Below are positions 1-10,278 of a DNA stretch of 64,000 nucleotides, piece by piece. Source of the DNA: Faecalimonas sp. (GTDB lineage: Bacteria; Bacillota; Clostridia; Lachnospirales; Lachnospiraceae); contig JAZRCJ010000071.1 in the NCBI GenBank assembly GCA_045659705.1, positions 7,810 through 71,809 of the forward strand, in the 5' to 3' direction. Every line of letters starts with the position of its first letter. Positions within the stretch are counted from its first letter, which is position 1. A model generated the notes under the pieces. That model made no database searches. It was not told where the DNA came from and worked only from the letters and a program-made list of their open reading frames with translations. The position numbers and the translations under genes are program-made.

Positions 1-475
1 CCACGCTATCCTCATGCATATCCAAAGCTACGGTAGTGTAAGGATTTCCAATATTACCCACCACGTATACGCTGTCTTTATAGGACTTCATAATCTCTCC
101 AAGAAGCGCCGTTGTGGTTGTCTTTCCATTGGTTCCCGTAATGGCAAGCACATCCCCTTTCCCATAGGTATATGCAAGCTCAATCTCTCCGGATATCAGG
201 ATGCCCTTCTCTCGCATCTTATTTACAACAGGCAGATCTGTCGGTACACCCGGACTCATCACAACCATATCTAATTCATCTATTATTTTTTCCGGGAAAT
301 CACCTACTACAATCTGTACTTTCGTGTCTTTTCCCAGCTGATCTTTCATCATCTCTATATCAAGGGCAGCATTTCCATCATAAAGAATCACTTCTGCACC
401 TATTTTTTCAAGCAACTGACTTGCCCCAATTCCGCTAATGCCGGAACCAAACACAAGTACCTTCTGACTTTTCAT
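1..475 (-). CDS. murD: UDP-N-acetylmuramoyl-L-alanine--D-glutamate ligase (partial; 3' end runs off the window)
   Basis: Not in the ORF track; translated by hand from ATG at 475: MKSQKVLVFGSGISGIGAS..., P-loop AITGTNGKTTT, VGNIG motif; AGGAGG RBS; directly follows mraY. Confidence 0.93.
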   Translation of the reverse strand, partial: MKSQKVLVFGSGISGIGASQLLEKIGAEVILYDGNAALDIEMMKDQLGKDTKVQIVVGDFPEKIIDELDMVVMSPGVPTDLPVVNKMREKGILISGEIELAYTYGKGDVLAITGTNGKTTTTALLGEIMKSYKDSVYVVGNIGNPYTTVALDMHEDSV

Positions 476-492
476 ATGCTCCTCCTTTATCT

Positions 493-1446
493 CTAAACAG
501 CTATAAGTGCAATGAGGCAAAGAATCGCAGTAATAATTGAGAACACTGCAACTACTCTTGTCTCTGACCATCCGCAAAGCTCAAAATGATGATGAATCGG
601 CGCCATTTTGAAAATACGTTTTCCGCCGGTCTTTTTAAAATATGTCACCTGCATGATAACAGACAATACTTCCACCAGATAAATAAGTCCCACAATAGCG
701 ATAAATATCGGCATCTGCATCATATAAGCCGTGGATGCCACAAATCCGCCCAAAGCCAAAGAACCTGTATCTCCCATAAACACGCTTGCCGGATATACAT
801 TAAAGAGCAAAAACCCAAGAAGTGCTCCCACTACCGCACAGGTAACCGGTTCTACACCGCTCTTCGTTCCGATGGCAACCACAGTAAAGAAGGTTGCAAC
901 AAGCACTGTCACACTGGAAGCCAACCCATCCAAACCATCTGTGAAATTTACACCATTTACCGTTCCTATGACAACGATAAATAATAATGGAATGGCAAAC
1001 CAACCAAAATCCAAATATTTCCCATCAGAAAACGGGATGATCCATGTCATCGGAACGTCTGTAAGCACCAAATACAATGCAAACACAGCCGTAACTAAAA
1101 TCTGAAGTCCCATCTTCTGTTTTGGATACAGTCCGTCAGAACGCTTCATCACGACCTTCAGATAATCATCTAAAAACCCAATCAAACCGAATCCCAAAGT
1201 CACAAACAGGATCGGTATGATACGCGGATAATCCTTAATATAAAACAAAGATGTAATCACAATACTACCTAAAATAATAACACCACCCATGGTCGGTGTT
1301 CCTGCTTTTTTCAAATGTGACTGCACACCATCCACACGTTCCGTCTGTCCCATCTTCATCTTTCTAAGAATTGGTATAATCACCGGTCCCATAATCACAC
1401 TTAACAAAAATGCCACAATCACCGGTATCGCAATTTTATAATCCAT
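493..1446 (-). CDS. mraY: Phospho-N-acetylmuramoyl-pentapeptide transferase
   Basis: KAGTPTMGG, GFLDDY, NFTDGLDGL, FMGDTGS and MAPIHHHFE motifs; polytopic membrane protein; dcw context. Confidence 0.97.
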   Translation of the reverse strand: MDYKIAIPVIVAFLLSVIMGPVIIPILRKMKMGQTERVDGVQSHLKKAGTPTMGGVIILGSIVITSLFYIKDYPRIIPILFVTLGFGLIGFLDDYLKVVMKRSDGLYPKQKMGLQILVTAVFALYLVLTDVPMTWIIPFSDGKYLDFGWFAIPLLFIVVIGTVNGVNFTDGLDGLASSVTVLVATFFTVVAIGTKSGVEPVTCAVVGALLGFLLFNVYPASVFMGDTGSLALGGFVASTAYMMQMPIFIAIVGLIYLVEVLSVIMQVTYFKKTGGKRIFKMAPIHHHFELCGWSETRVVAVFSIITAILCLIALIAV

Positions 1447-1500
1447 AATACACCTCTTTATCTCTTTTGTTATGTATTTAAAGTCCTATTTAGTATACAA

Positions 1501-3234
1501 CTATTCTGCCGCCTTTTCAATCCCAAGATACGGAAGAATGTTCTCAAACATATCCCGAACCACAGGCGCCGCAATGGTTCCACCATAGTAGATTCCTTTT
1601 GGATCATGAATCACCACCATAGCAAGTACCTGTGGGTGATCTGCAGGTGCAAATCCGATAAAAGACGAGATATAACGATTTGCACTTCTAGGTAACGTCT
1701 GTGAAGTCGCTGTCTTTCCTCCAATTCGATACCCTTCTATATAGGCTCTATTTCCAGAACCTTCTGAAACCACACTTTCTAGAATCTCACACATCAGTTT
1801 GGACGTTTTTTCTGACACAATGCGGTCGCCTTGTTTACCGGAAAATGTCTTTATGGTTTTTCCTTTCTTATCCATCACTTTCATTCCCAGATGTGGCGTA
1901 ATCTCTCTTCCGCCGTTAATGAGAGCACAGACTGTTGATGCCATACGCATGGGCGTGATTTGAAAAGACTGCCCAAAACTCATGGTGGCAAGTTCCACAA
2001 GTCCCACATCCTCCTTTTTATGGGTGATGGTTCCTGCCTCTCCTGGCAAATCCACGCCTGTTTTTTGCATCAGACCAAACTGTGTAAAATAGCCATAATA
2101 TTTATCCACACCTAGGCGTAATCCGATATCAATAAACACAGGATTGCAAGAGTTTTGCACGCCTTCCACAAAGGTTTCTGCCCCATGTCCTCCTACCTTA
2201 TGACAACGAATTTTTCGATCTTCCACCACGCGATATCCTGGACAGCTAAAAGTATCATTCACCTTTACCACTCCCTCTTCCAGACAGGCTGAGGATGTGA
2301 TGATTTTAAAAGTAGACCCCGGTTCATAGGTATCGTTAATGCAGCTGTTGCGCCACATTTGATTCAGTAATTCCTGCTTTTTTTCATCGCTGATTCCGTC
2401 TGTTTCTATATTTATGCTCTCTAAAGAAAAAGGTTCATTGAGATTGAATTCGGGTACATTGACCATGGCCATAATCTCACCATTTTGCGGATTCATAATT
2501 AAAATAGACACTTTATCTGCCTCTTTTTCTGCCATTACCTTCTCCGCCGCTTGCTGAGCATAAGTCTGAATATTATAATCCAAACTTAATTGTAGCGTGT
2601 GCCCTGGTATCGCTTCTTTTCGATCCTCCGCCACGCCGTCGAGTTCAATCCCTCTTGCATCAGTGGTAGTAAGAATTGTTCCATTCACACCTTTTAGATA
2701 TTCTTCATATTTTACTTCCAAGCCAATAATCCCCTGATTGTCTCCACCGGTGAAGCCAAGCACCTTTGACGCCAACTCATTATATGGATAATATCGTTTG
2801 AAATCCTCATCCACTTTCACACCGTCAAGATCATATTCTCGAATTCTGTCTCCTATTTTTTTCTCTACGTTAGTTTTTATTCTCTCCATAGAAGATACTT
2901 TTTCCACTTTTTTTCGTATGGTATCTGCTTCTATGCCAAGTTCTTTCGAAAGCACCTGGATTACTTTTTCGGCATCGGTAAGTTGACTGTGAATAACAGA
3001 AACGGTGCACACAGTTTTATTCGTGGCAAGGACCGTCCCTGTTCTATCTATAATTTCCCCTCGCGCAGCTTTGATTTCTCGTTCCCTTTCATGTAATGCC
3101 TTGGCTTTTTTCTGATAATATTCAGCATCATAAATCATAAGATATATAAGTCGCCCAATGAGCCCTATAATCATAATTAAAGCCGTCACAAATACAATCA
3201 GCATCTTTTTTCGATTATACGTCTTGTTTGTCAT
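1501..3234 (-). CDS. spoVD: Class B penicillin-binding protein, SpoVD-like
   Basis: N-terminal TM, RGEIIDR dimerisation domain, EPGSTFK (SxxK), SCN, KTAT; second PBP of the dcw cluster in a spore former. Confidence 0.8.
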   Translation of the reverse strand: MTNKTYNRKKMLIVFVTALIMIIGLIGRLIYLMIYDAEYYQKKAKALHEREREIKAARGEIIDRTGTVLATNKTVCTVSVIHSQLTDAEKVIQVLSKELGIEADTIRKKVEKVSSMERIKTNVEKKIGDRIREYDLDGVKVDEDFKRYYPYNELASKVLGFTGGDNQGIIGLEVKYEEYLKGVNGTILTTTDARGIELDGVAEDRKEAIPGHTLQLSLDYNIQTYAQQAAEKVMAEKEADKVSILIMNPQNGEIMAMVNVPEFNLNEPFSLESINIETDGISDEKKQELLNQMWRNSCINDTYEPGSTFKIITSSACLEEGVVKVNDTFSCPGYRVVEDRKIRCHKVGGHGAETFVEGVQNSCNPVFIDIGLRLGVDKYYGYFTQFGLMQKTGVDLPGEAGTITHKKEDVGLVELATMSFGQSFQITPMRMASTVCALINGGREITPHLGMKVMDKKGKTIKTFSGKQGDRIVSEKTSKLMCEILESVVSEGSGNRAYIEGYRIGGKTATSQTLPRSANRYISSFIGFAPADHPQVLAMVVIHDPKGIYYGGTIAAPVVRDMFENILPYLGIEKAAE

Positions 3235-3246
3235 AAAAAAACCTCA

Positions 3247-3280
3247 TAAAAGTGATTGATACAATGTATTATCACTTTTA
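3247..3280. promoter_or_regulatory. Inverted repeat between the two PBP genes (operator or attenuating hairpin)
   Basis: TAAAAGTGAT-N14-ATCACTTTTA fills most of the 51-bp gap. Confidence 0.4.
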
Positions 3281-3285
3281 CAAGG

Positions 3286-5160
3286 TTATTCTTCCGTAGT
3301 TTCTGTTGCTTTTGTAATATTTAAATATGGAAACGCTTCTTCCATAATGGCTCTTGCCAAATCGGTGCAATATTTTCCCGTCGCCTGAGCCTCTACATTC
3401 GGCTCATCGATGACTACATATACAAGCACTTCCGGATTCTTAACAGGTGCAAATCCCATATAGGAAAGCACATACTTTCCATTTCCACGAGGAAGTTTTT
3501 CCGCTGTCCCCGTTTTTCCACCCATATCATAGCCTTCTACTTGAGCATTGCGTCCGGTTCCGTCAGTCATCGTCTGATGCATATAGGATTTCATCAGCTC
3601 ACTGGTTTCCTTGGAAATAGTTTTTCGAAGAAGAACCGGTTCCTTTTCCTCAATGACATTTCCTTTTGCGTCCCGAATCTCTTTCACTACATGTGGTTTG
3701 TAATAATATCCCCCATTGATAATGGAACAATATGAAGCCATCATCTGTGTCATTGTGGTATTAAATCCTTGCCCAAATGAATTTGTGGCAAGTTCTACCG
3801 GTCCCATCTTATCTGCGGTGTAGAGAAGCCCTGCTGTCTCTGCCTCGCCCGGAAGATCGATTCCGGTCGTTTGACCTAGACCGAAAATACGCTGGTATTT
3901 ACAAAATTCCTTTTTTCCCATTGCCTGTGCTTCATACATCAATGCCACGTTGCAAGAATTTGCAATGGAATCCGAAAGGGTTTGCATCCCATGTCCGCTA
4001 CGATTATTACAGCGAATTCTGCTGCCCGCGATGGTTAAACTTCCACCACAATAATAGGATTCATTTCCTTTAAGCTTGCCACATTCCAAGCCGGCAGCAA
4101 CTGTAATTGCCTTTGCGGTAGAACCCGGCTCAAACGTATCACTAACACAGAAATTTTTCCAAATCTTATTGAGCGCCTCTAACTTTTCTTTCTCGGACAT
4201 CTTTTCCAATTCTTTCTCGGAATAATATGCCGACAAATCACGCGGATTATTTAAGTCATAATTTGGATAGGAAGCCTCTGCTAAAATAGCCCCTGTATTT
4301 GGATTGGCAATAATGACTGCCGTATTTTTACTTCCTTCTCCAGTACGAGCTTCGTTTTTGTGTTCCTCATTAAAAGCCAATATATGTTTTTCTACAATGC
4401 TTTGCAATGCCACATCGATGGTAGAAACAATGGTCGAACCATCCTGTGCTGGTTTTACCGTCCTTTCTAAGATGGCATCTTCTCCCTGGTAACCATAGGT
4501 TCTTCCATCAGTACCATTTAAAATACTGTTGTAACTAGCTTCAATCCCACCGTTACCTACGTTGCCTGCAACTGTAAATCCTATGACATCAGAAGCTAAA
4601 CGGTCATACGGGTAGACCCTTTGATAATCATCTTCCAACCATACTCCGTTTAGAAACTCATATTTCTCGTCATCCGCTTCCATTTCTTTGAACTTTTGAG
4701 CTTCTTTATAGCTTGCCTTCTTTTTCAGAACATTATAACGACTGTTTGAATTGTTAACTAAAACGCTGTCTATAGCAGATTCCTCTATTTCAAAACATTC
4801 TACCAAGACTTCTTTTACTTGACGAATTGCTTCATCTCTGTTTTTTTCTTTTGTACCTCCAAGCAACACTTTTGCATCCAACACCACGTTATACACGCGC
4901 TCGCTGGTTGCAATCTTCGTGCCGTTGCAGTCCACAATATCTCCGCGCTTAAACGGTATTGTTCTACTGTCATACTGTTGCTGATCTAATACAACCTTCT
5001 TATATTCTTCCCCTTCTGTGGCATTGATATAAGTAATCCTACCAATTAAGAAAACAAAAGCCAGTATAATTGCAATAAACAACATAACTAGCTTTCTTTT
5101 CATTCTTTCGGGAAATTTTTGTCTGATAAACCGTAATCCTTTTCGTTTCTTTCCTGACAT
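3286..5160 (-). CDS. ftsI: Class B penicillin-binding protein (FtsI/PBP2b-like)
   Basis: N-terminal TM, RGDIVD, EPGSTAK, SCN, KTGT motifs; follows the ftsL-like gene. Confidence 0.8.
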   Translation of the reverse strand: MSGKKRKGLRFIRQKFPERMKRKLVMLFIAIILAFVFLIGRITYINATEGEEYKKVVLDQQQYDSRTIPFKRGDIVDCNGTKIATSERVYNVVLDAKVLLGGTKEKNRDEAIRQVKEVLVECFEIEESAIDSVLVNNSNSRYNVLKKKASYKEAQKFKEMEADDEKYEFLNGVWLEDDYQRVYPYDRLASDVIGFTVAGNVGNGGIEASYNSILNGTDGRTYGYQGEDAILERTVKPAQDGSTIVSTIDVALQSIVEKHILAFNEEHKNEARTGEGSKNTAVIIANPNTGAILAEASYPNYDLNNPRDLSAYYSEKELEKMSEKEKLEALNKIWKNFCVSDTFEPGSTAKAITVAAGLECGKLKGNESYYCGGSLTIAGSRIRCNNRSGHGMQTLSDSIANSCNVALMYEAQAMGKKEFCKYQRIFGLGQTTGIDLPGEAETAGLLYTADKMGPVELATNSFGQGFNTTMTQMMASYCSIINGGYYYKPHVVKEIRDAKGNVIEEKEPVLLRKTISKETSELMKSYMHQTMTDGTGRNAQVEGYDMGGKTGTAEKLPRGNGKYVLSYMGFAPVKNPEVLVYVVIDEPNVEAQATGKYCTDLARAIMEEAFPYLNITKATETTEE

Positions 5161-5176
5161 TATTTTAATCCCTTAA

Positions 5177-5647
5177 TTAATTTACTTTTGCAGCACTTGC
5201 TAAAACTCCGCTTTCCGGAATCATGCTGTATTGTGTTACCTCATTTCCTACCGGATTTTTATAAAGAATAATCTGCTCCGAAGATGCATATACCATACCA
5301 AGTTCGTGAATTGCTGTCTCGCGAACATGATCCAAATTTACAGAATTCATAATGGAATCCTGCTTTGCAACATTATCCTCTTTCATTCCTGAAAGTTGCT
5401 GCTGCATAACAACAATATTCTTAGAGCGTTTTGTTACTTCAGACTGTAATTGCAAATATTTTACGCACACGCATAGTGCGACTACTGCTGCAATCGCCAA
5501 AAAAGCAACATAGCCTTTGCTGACATGTAACGCATTACTTCTGTTATTTTTCACCTGATGACTGACCGGTTTTTGCTGCCTTGACTGTTCCCCAATAGCC
5601 AAGGTAGCTTCTTTCCGGACTGTGTTTCCGTGAATGTATGTAGCCAT
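5177..5647 (-). CDS. ftsL: Cell division protein FtsL-like
   Basis: Single TM, coiled coil and AIHELGM motif; lies between rsmH and the PBP. Confidence 0.7.
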   Translation of the reverse strand: MATYIHGNTVRKEATLAIGEQSRQQKPVSHQVKNNRSNALHVSKGYVAFLAIAAVVALCVCVKYLQLQSEVTKRSKNIVVMQQQLSGMKEDNVAKQDSIMNSVNLDHVRETAIHELGMVYASSEQIILYKNPVGNEVTQYSMIPESGVLASAAKVN

Positions 5648-5682
5648 AACATTCTCCCCTTTTTATATACTTCCTCAAAAAG

Positions 5683-6618
5683 TTACCTGCGTTCAAATAT
5701 GCGAAGTTTTGCGCTCTTTGAACGACTATTTTCTTCCAATTCTTCTTCCCCAGGAAGAATTGGCTTTCTTGTAATCACTTTTCCTTTTGACTCATTTCCA
5801 CAGACACATACTGGGAAATGACTCGGACAGGTGCAAGGATTTTCATTCTTCTTAAACGACCCTTTTACAATTCTGTCCTCCAATGAATGGAAGGTAATAA
5901 TACAAAGCCTTCCATCTGTATTTAGCAATTCAATCATGCTATCCAAGCTATCTCTTAGTACTTCTAACTCGCGATTTAATTCTATGCGAATCGCTTGAAA
6001 TGTTCTCTTGGCAGGATGCCCTGCTGTCTTTTGAAACTTCATTGGTATTGCATGCTTGATTATTTCTGTTAATTGTGCGGTGGTTTCGATGGGAGCTTTT
6101 TCGCGTTCCATCACAATATGTTTTGCGATGTTCTTCGCGAACTTATCTTCCCCATAGTCGCGAATGATGCGAAAAAGTTCCATCTCACTGTAGTCATTGA
6201 CGATGTCTCTGGCCGTCCTCTCCTGACGTCTATCCATCCGCATATCCAGAGGTGCATCTGTCCGATAAGAGAATCCTCGCTCTGCCGTATCTAACTGATA
6301 AGACGATACGCCCAGATCGAGCACGATCCCATCTACCTTGTCAATGCCTAGTTCTTGAAGCTTCGACTTCATATCGCAATAGTTGCTTCGGACTATTGTG
6401 ACTCTCTCCCCGAAGTCGAGTAATCTGGCGCCCGCTGCCTCTATGGCTGCTTCGTCCTGATCTATACCTATAAATCTCCCCTTGTCACTTAACTGCCGAC
6501 ACACTTCATAAGCATGTCCGCCTCCACCAAGCGTTCCATCTACGTAAATGCCGTCTGGCTTGATGTTCAGACCATTTACTGTCTCTTCCAACAATACTGA
6601 CTTGTGATTGAACTCCAT
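5683..6618 (-). CDS. rsmH: 16S rRNA m4C1402 methyltransferase
   Basis: [44 protein letters not shown]; ATG at 6618 preceded by GGAGG. Confidence 0.97.
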   Translation of the reverse strand: MEFNHKSVLLEETVNGLNIKPDGIYVDGTLGGGGHAYEVCRQLSDKGRFIGIDQDEAAIEAAGARLLDFGERVTIVRSNYCDMKSKLQELGIDKVDGIVLDLGVSSYQLDTAERGFSYRTDAPLDMRMDRRQERTARDIVNDYSEMELFRIIRDYGEDKFAKNIAKHIVMEREKAPIETTAQLTEIIKHAIPMKFQKTAGHPAKRTFQAIRIELNRELEVLRDSLDSMIELLNTDGRLCIITFHSLEDRIVKGSFKKNENPCTCPSHFPVCVCGNESKGKVITRKPILPGEEELEENSRSKSAKLRIFERR

Positions 6619-6637
6619 AATTACCTCCAAACAGGAA

Positions 6638-7075
6638 TTAAATGCTTAATCCTAATTCTTCCATCTGGCTTGCAATATTATCCATGTCGTCTTCTACCAC
6701 AGCATTGTTTTCATCCCATTTTGCTTTGTCCCAAATTTCCACTCGATCTAGTACCCCTACTAAAACGACTTCTTTCTCTAAACCAGCAAAGCTTCTTAAG
6801 GCTGAAGAGATTAATACTCTACCTTGTTTGTCAAGGCCGCCGTCTACCGCACTTCCCAAAAAGAAACGTACGAAAGCTCTGGCATTTTTGTTAGTAAGTG
6901 GTAGGGTTCTTAGCTTTTCTTCGAAGATTTTCCATTCATTGTTCGGATACAAAAACAAACATCCATCCATACCTTTGGTTACTACGAAATCTTCACCAAG
7001 GATATCACGGAATTTAGAAGGGACGATTAATCTGCCCTTCGCGTCGATGCTGTGATTAAATTCTCCTGTCAACAA
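6638..7075 (-). CDS. mraZ: Transcriptional regulator MraZ
   Basis: [13 protein letters not shown] and DKQGRV (DxxGR) motifs; TTG start at 7075 after GAAGGTGA gives 145 aa. Confidence 0.95.
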   Translation of the reverse strand: MLTGEFNHSIDAKGRLIVPSKFRDILGEDFVVTKGMDGCLFLYPNNEWKIFEEKLRTLPLTNKNARAFVRFFLGSAVDGGLDKQGRVLISSALRSFAGLEKEVVLVGVLDRVEIWDKAKWDENNAVVEDDMDNIASQMEELGLSI

Positions 7076-7099
7076 TGTACTCACCTTCTTCCAAATGGT

Positions 7100-7150
7100 C
7101 CGCCACTTTCTTACCATTTGGCACCACCATTCACCACTTTCTCCCACTTA
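7100..7150 (-). promoter_or_regulatory. MraZ operator: GTGG-type direct repeats at ~10-bp spacing
   Basis: Minus strand reads AAGTGGGAGA AAGTGGTGAA TGGTGGTGCC AAATGGTAAG AAAGTGGCGG, matching known MraZ-binding repeats. Confidence 0.8.
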
Positions 7151-7157
7151 TGAAGTT

Positions 7158-7186
7158 ATTGTATACTACTTTTTTTGTGTTTTCAA
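7158..7186 (-). promoter_or_regulatory. Sigma-A promoter of the dcw cluster
   Basis: TTGAAA-17bp-TACAAT immediately upstream of the MraZ repeats. Confidence 0.65.
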
Positions 7187-7217
7187 GGGCTTTTTTAAAT
7201 TTTTTTTAATTTTTCGC

Positions 7218-7255
7218 AAAAAAATAGAGGGATTGCATCAATTTGCAATCCCTCC
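7218..7255 (-). terminator. Intrinsic terminator after the 82-aa gene
   Basis: GAGGGATTGCA/TGCAATCCCTC stem followed by a T-run on the minus strand. Confidence 0.75.
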
Positions 7256-7268
7256 GGATAATTTTTCA

Positions 7269-7517
7269 CTATTCTGCATCTTCTGCGCTTAATGTTTCAA
7301 GGTAAGAATTCACTGCTTTGTAATCCATAGTTACACTTTTGCGTGGCTGATTTTCAATCACTTTGATACCTGCCGAGTATCCTACCCAGCCTAATACTGC
7401 AATCACTACTACGCTTGTAGTAATGTTTCTAAGTACTGCTTTTCTTTTCGCCTTTTTCATCAACGCCTTACGATTTGCTTTTTCTTCTTTGTAACGTGTT
7501 ACTTTTTCCTGACTCAT
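7269..7517 (-). CDS. Small membrane protein of unknown function
   Basis: Basic N-terminus, one TM segment, GGAG RBS, downstream terminator. Confidence 0.7.
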   Translation of the reverse strand: MSQEKVTRYKEEKANRKALMKKAKRKAVLRNITTSVVVIAVLGWVGYSAGIKVIENQPRKSVTMDYKAVNSYLETLSAEDAE

Positions 7518-7540
7518 GTTTCGTCTACTCCTTTGTCTTT

Positions 7541-8380
7541 CTATGCCACGACTATAATGCCGCCATCATTTGCATACATGGAACTAATACCCCTTGTATC
7601 CAAAATAATAATTTTTTTCAAGCTAATTTTCTGCTCAATCATCATTTTAACATCATTTGCCCTATTTTGGCAATTACAATGTGAAATTGCTAGAATTTTT
7701 TCTTTTGGATTCTTTACATTGGCAACGACTTCATCCACCAACTTCGCCAAAGCTTTCTTAATTCCTCTGGCTTGCCCAATCTGTTTGATGGTTCCAATCT
7801 CTGTAGCTGCCATAATCGGTTTGATATTAAGAGCTGATGCCACAATCGCTTTCACTCCGGTTAATCTGCCGTTTTTGCGAAGTGTCTCCAAATTCTCCAA
7901 TACAAAGTGTGTATTCTGAGATTCAATATAAGCTTCCACAGTCTCCACTACTTTTTCAAAATCCATTCCCTCTTCTTCGCATTCCTGGATCTTAAGGGCA
8001 ATCAATGTCTCTCCTATAGATGCAGAGCGAGAATTAAATACGTAGATTTGTTTCTCCCCATATTCTTCTTCATATAAATTTTTACCTAAAACTGCACTAT
8101 TATAAGAACCACTAAGTTCTGCAGATAGTGTTACCACGTAAATACGTTCTGCTTCGCCCTCATAATATTTCATATAGGTTTCCGGTGATGGGCAGGAAGA
8201 CTTCGGACACTCTTTGCTTTGCGCTGCTCTTCTTAAAAAATCCACCTGATCAAAACTCTCATCATCCACGATCTGATATCCATCAATCTCTATACTTAAG
8301 GAAGCGGTTTCATATATTCCACTTTCCTTCATATCCTGTGTTAACTCGCCACAACTGTCTACGATAATCTTATAACTCAT
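7541..8380 (-). CDS. DegV family fatty-acid-binding protein
   Basis: IIVDSC, KSSCPSP, LSAELSGSYNSA, LRKNGRL, LNIKPI motifs. Confidence 0.92.
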   Translation of the reverse strand: MSYKIIVDSCGELTQDMKESGIYETASLSIEIDGYQIVDDESFDQVDFLRRAAQSKECPKSSCPSPETYMKYYEGEAERIYVVTLSAELSGSYNSAVLGKNLYEEEYGEKQIYVFNSRSASIGETLIALKIQECEEEGMDFEKVVETVEAYIESQNTHFVLENLETLRKNGRLTGVKAIVASALNIKPIMAATEIGTIKQIGQARGIKKALAKLVDEVVANVKNPKEKILAISHCNCQNRANDVKMMIEQKISLKKIIILDTRGISSMYANDGGIIVVA

Positions 8381-8478
8381 CTTTTTCCTCCCAATGCGAC
8401 TGTTTCAATTTCTATAATATGTAGTTTCCAAAACTACATCCATATATTACCACAATTTTCTGCAAAAGGAAAGATTTT

Positions 8479-9621
8479 TTATTCTTGAATTCGGATTCGT
8501 GATGACACATTAAGTGCAAGTCCCATCTCAGCCATCAAAAACAGAATCGAGGTTCCTCCATAACTAATAAACGGCAATGTTACACCCGTTGTCGGAATCA
8601 AGTTTAACACAACCGCAACATTGAGGATTACCTGCAACGCAATATGCGCAAAAATTCCGGTTACCATAAGCCCGCCAAATGCATCCGGAGCATTCTGTGC
8701 AATGAATAACAATCGGTATAAAAGCATTCCAAATAGTAACAATACTACTAGTGCACCAAAAACACCCAACTCTTCGCAGATAATAGATAATATCATATCG
8801 TTTTGTACTTCTGGAATAATCATCTTCTGTGCACTGTTTCCTAATCCTTTTCCGAAAAAGCCACCAGATCCAATGGCATATAGGCCTTGCATCACCTGGA
8901 ATCCACCTTCCGAAGCATATTGCTCTGGGTTTAACCACACAAGAATACGTCTCAATCGAAAATCTCCACTGGTGCTCATCATATTCCCCAACATCCTTGC
9001 ACCTATGTATGCCACTGACACAACGCCAACGCCTAACCACACCCAAAAGGCTGTTTTTTGATGCGCAACAAACACCATAACGCAACACATCCCAAACACA
9101 ATAACACCGGTACTTAGGTTGTCCGTCAATATAAATACGCCACCAGCAGCAACAAGACCCCAGAAAAGAATTTTCGCACACACATCATTTTTCTTAAAGT
9201 ATTTTCCTGCTTTACATATCAAATATGGAATAAAAAGTACAATCGCTATCTTCATCACTTCCGAAGGCTGCATCTGTCCGCCCGGTATGCGAATCCATCT
9301 TCTTGCACCAAACGCTTCAATTCCTAGCGGTGTCTGAACCAATGCCATCAGAAAAAAAGCTACTATATATGCAAGTATTGAAAAACGTGCATATAGACGA
9401 TAAGGCGGATACGCTACTATCAGCATTGCAATCACACTGATAATGCTGTATTTTAATTGTCTTTTGAAATACCACATGCTATCACCCATTTCCACTTGTG
9501 CACTGTATGAGCTTGTACTATAAAGCATGATAAGGCCAAAGCACATTAAAAATATAACCACAGCCAAGAGATTATAATCAAAATATCGAATTGTATTTTT
9601 CTGTTTTTTCTGTGTGCCCAC
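8479..9621 (-). CDS. SEDS family peptidoglycan glycosyltransferase (FtsW/RodA/SpoVE)
   Basis: GARRWI, QPSE, AIGSGGFFGKGLG, PEVQNDMI, PTTGVTLPFISYGGTS. Confidence 0.93.
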   Translation of the reverse strand: MGTQKKQKNTIRYFDYNLLAVVIFLMCFGLIMLYSTSSYSAQVEMGDSMWYFKRQLKYSIISVIAMLIVAYPPYRLYARFSILAYIVAFFLMALVQTPLGIEAFGARRWIRIPGGQMQPSEVMKIAIVLFIPYLICKAGKYFKKNDVCAKILFWGLVAAGGVFILTDNLSTGVIVFGMCCVMVFVAHQKTAFWVWLGVGVVSVAYIGARMLGNMMSTSGDFRLRRILVWLNPEQYASEGGFQVMQGLYAIGSGGFFGKGLGNSAQKMIIPEVQNDMILSIICEELGVFGALVVLLLFGMLLYRLLFIAQNAPDAFGGLMVTGIFAHIALQVILNVAVVLNLIPTTGVTLPFISYGGTSILFLMAEMGLALNVSSRIRIQE

Positions 9622-9751
9622 TGTTTACTCCCTCTTAAGAATCCCCATTAATTATACCCTTTCATTATACTCATATCACAGGAGAAAAACAACCTGTTTT
9701 GCAAATCAATTTTACATATGAATGTGGAGTTCATTTTAGAACCTTCGGAGA

Positions 9752-9778
9752 ACATTTTTTCAGAAATTACATACTGTA
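9752..9778 (+). promoter_or_regulatory. Mother-cell sporulation (sigma-K/sigma-E type) promoter of cotJABC
   Basis: AC-N16-CATACTGTA matches the AC-N16-CATAnnnTA consensus. Confidence 0.55.
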
Positions 9779-9811
9779 GTATTAGAACAGATATGAAAGG
9801 GGTATACACTT

Positions 9812-10009
9812 ATGCGAACTGATATGTCATGCAATTGTCGAATCAGCGATGGAAAAACCACATTTCCAGAGCATATGCCAATTGGTATGTCCTATGTACC
9901 TTGGCAGAAATGGCAATCCGTTTACGATGCTGAAAAAGCGCTCCACCATGGAACCATTTTTCAAGAACTTTACAAACCTTTCTTAGGAAAAGGAGGTTGC
10001 CGCTCATGA
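9812..10009 (+). CDS. cotJA: Spore coat protein CotJA
   Basis: MSYVPWQ...ALHHGTIFQELYKPF signature. Confidence 0.9.
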   Translation: MRTDMSCNCRISDGKTTFPEHMPIGMSYVPWQKWQSVYDAEKALHHGTIFQELYKPFLGKGGCRS

Positions 10010-10275
10010 CAAATAAGCCTTGCAGAAAAGAATTGTTACAATGGATTAATATTGTAAGTTTTGCCGTAGATGACGTGCAACTATTTTTAGATACACATCC
10101 TGACTGCCAGGAAGCATTGGAATATTTTTATAAATACAACCAATTGCGAAACGAGGCACTAAAAGAATATGCGAAATACTATGGACCTCTTACGGTTGAA
10201 ACAGCTACTGCTAGCTGCAGTGACAGATGGAATTGGATTAATGAGCCATGGCCTTGGCAGGAAGGAGGATGTTAA
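10006..10275 (+). CDS. cotJB: Spore coat protein CotJB
   Basis: LFLDTHP, YGPL, WNWINEPWPWQ; ATG at 10006 overlaps the cotJA stop. Confidence 0.92.
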   Translation: MTNKPCRKELLQWINIVSFAVDDVQLFLDTHPDCQEALEYFYKYNQLRNEALKEYAKYYGPLTVETATASCSDRWNWINEPWPWQEGGC

Positions 10276-10278
10276 TAT

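Noticed and set aside
7076-7147. N-terminal extension of MraZ in the ORF track
   Set aside because: It is translated operator sequence; the RBS and typical MraZ length support the TTG start at 7075
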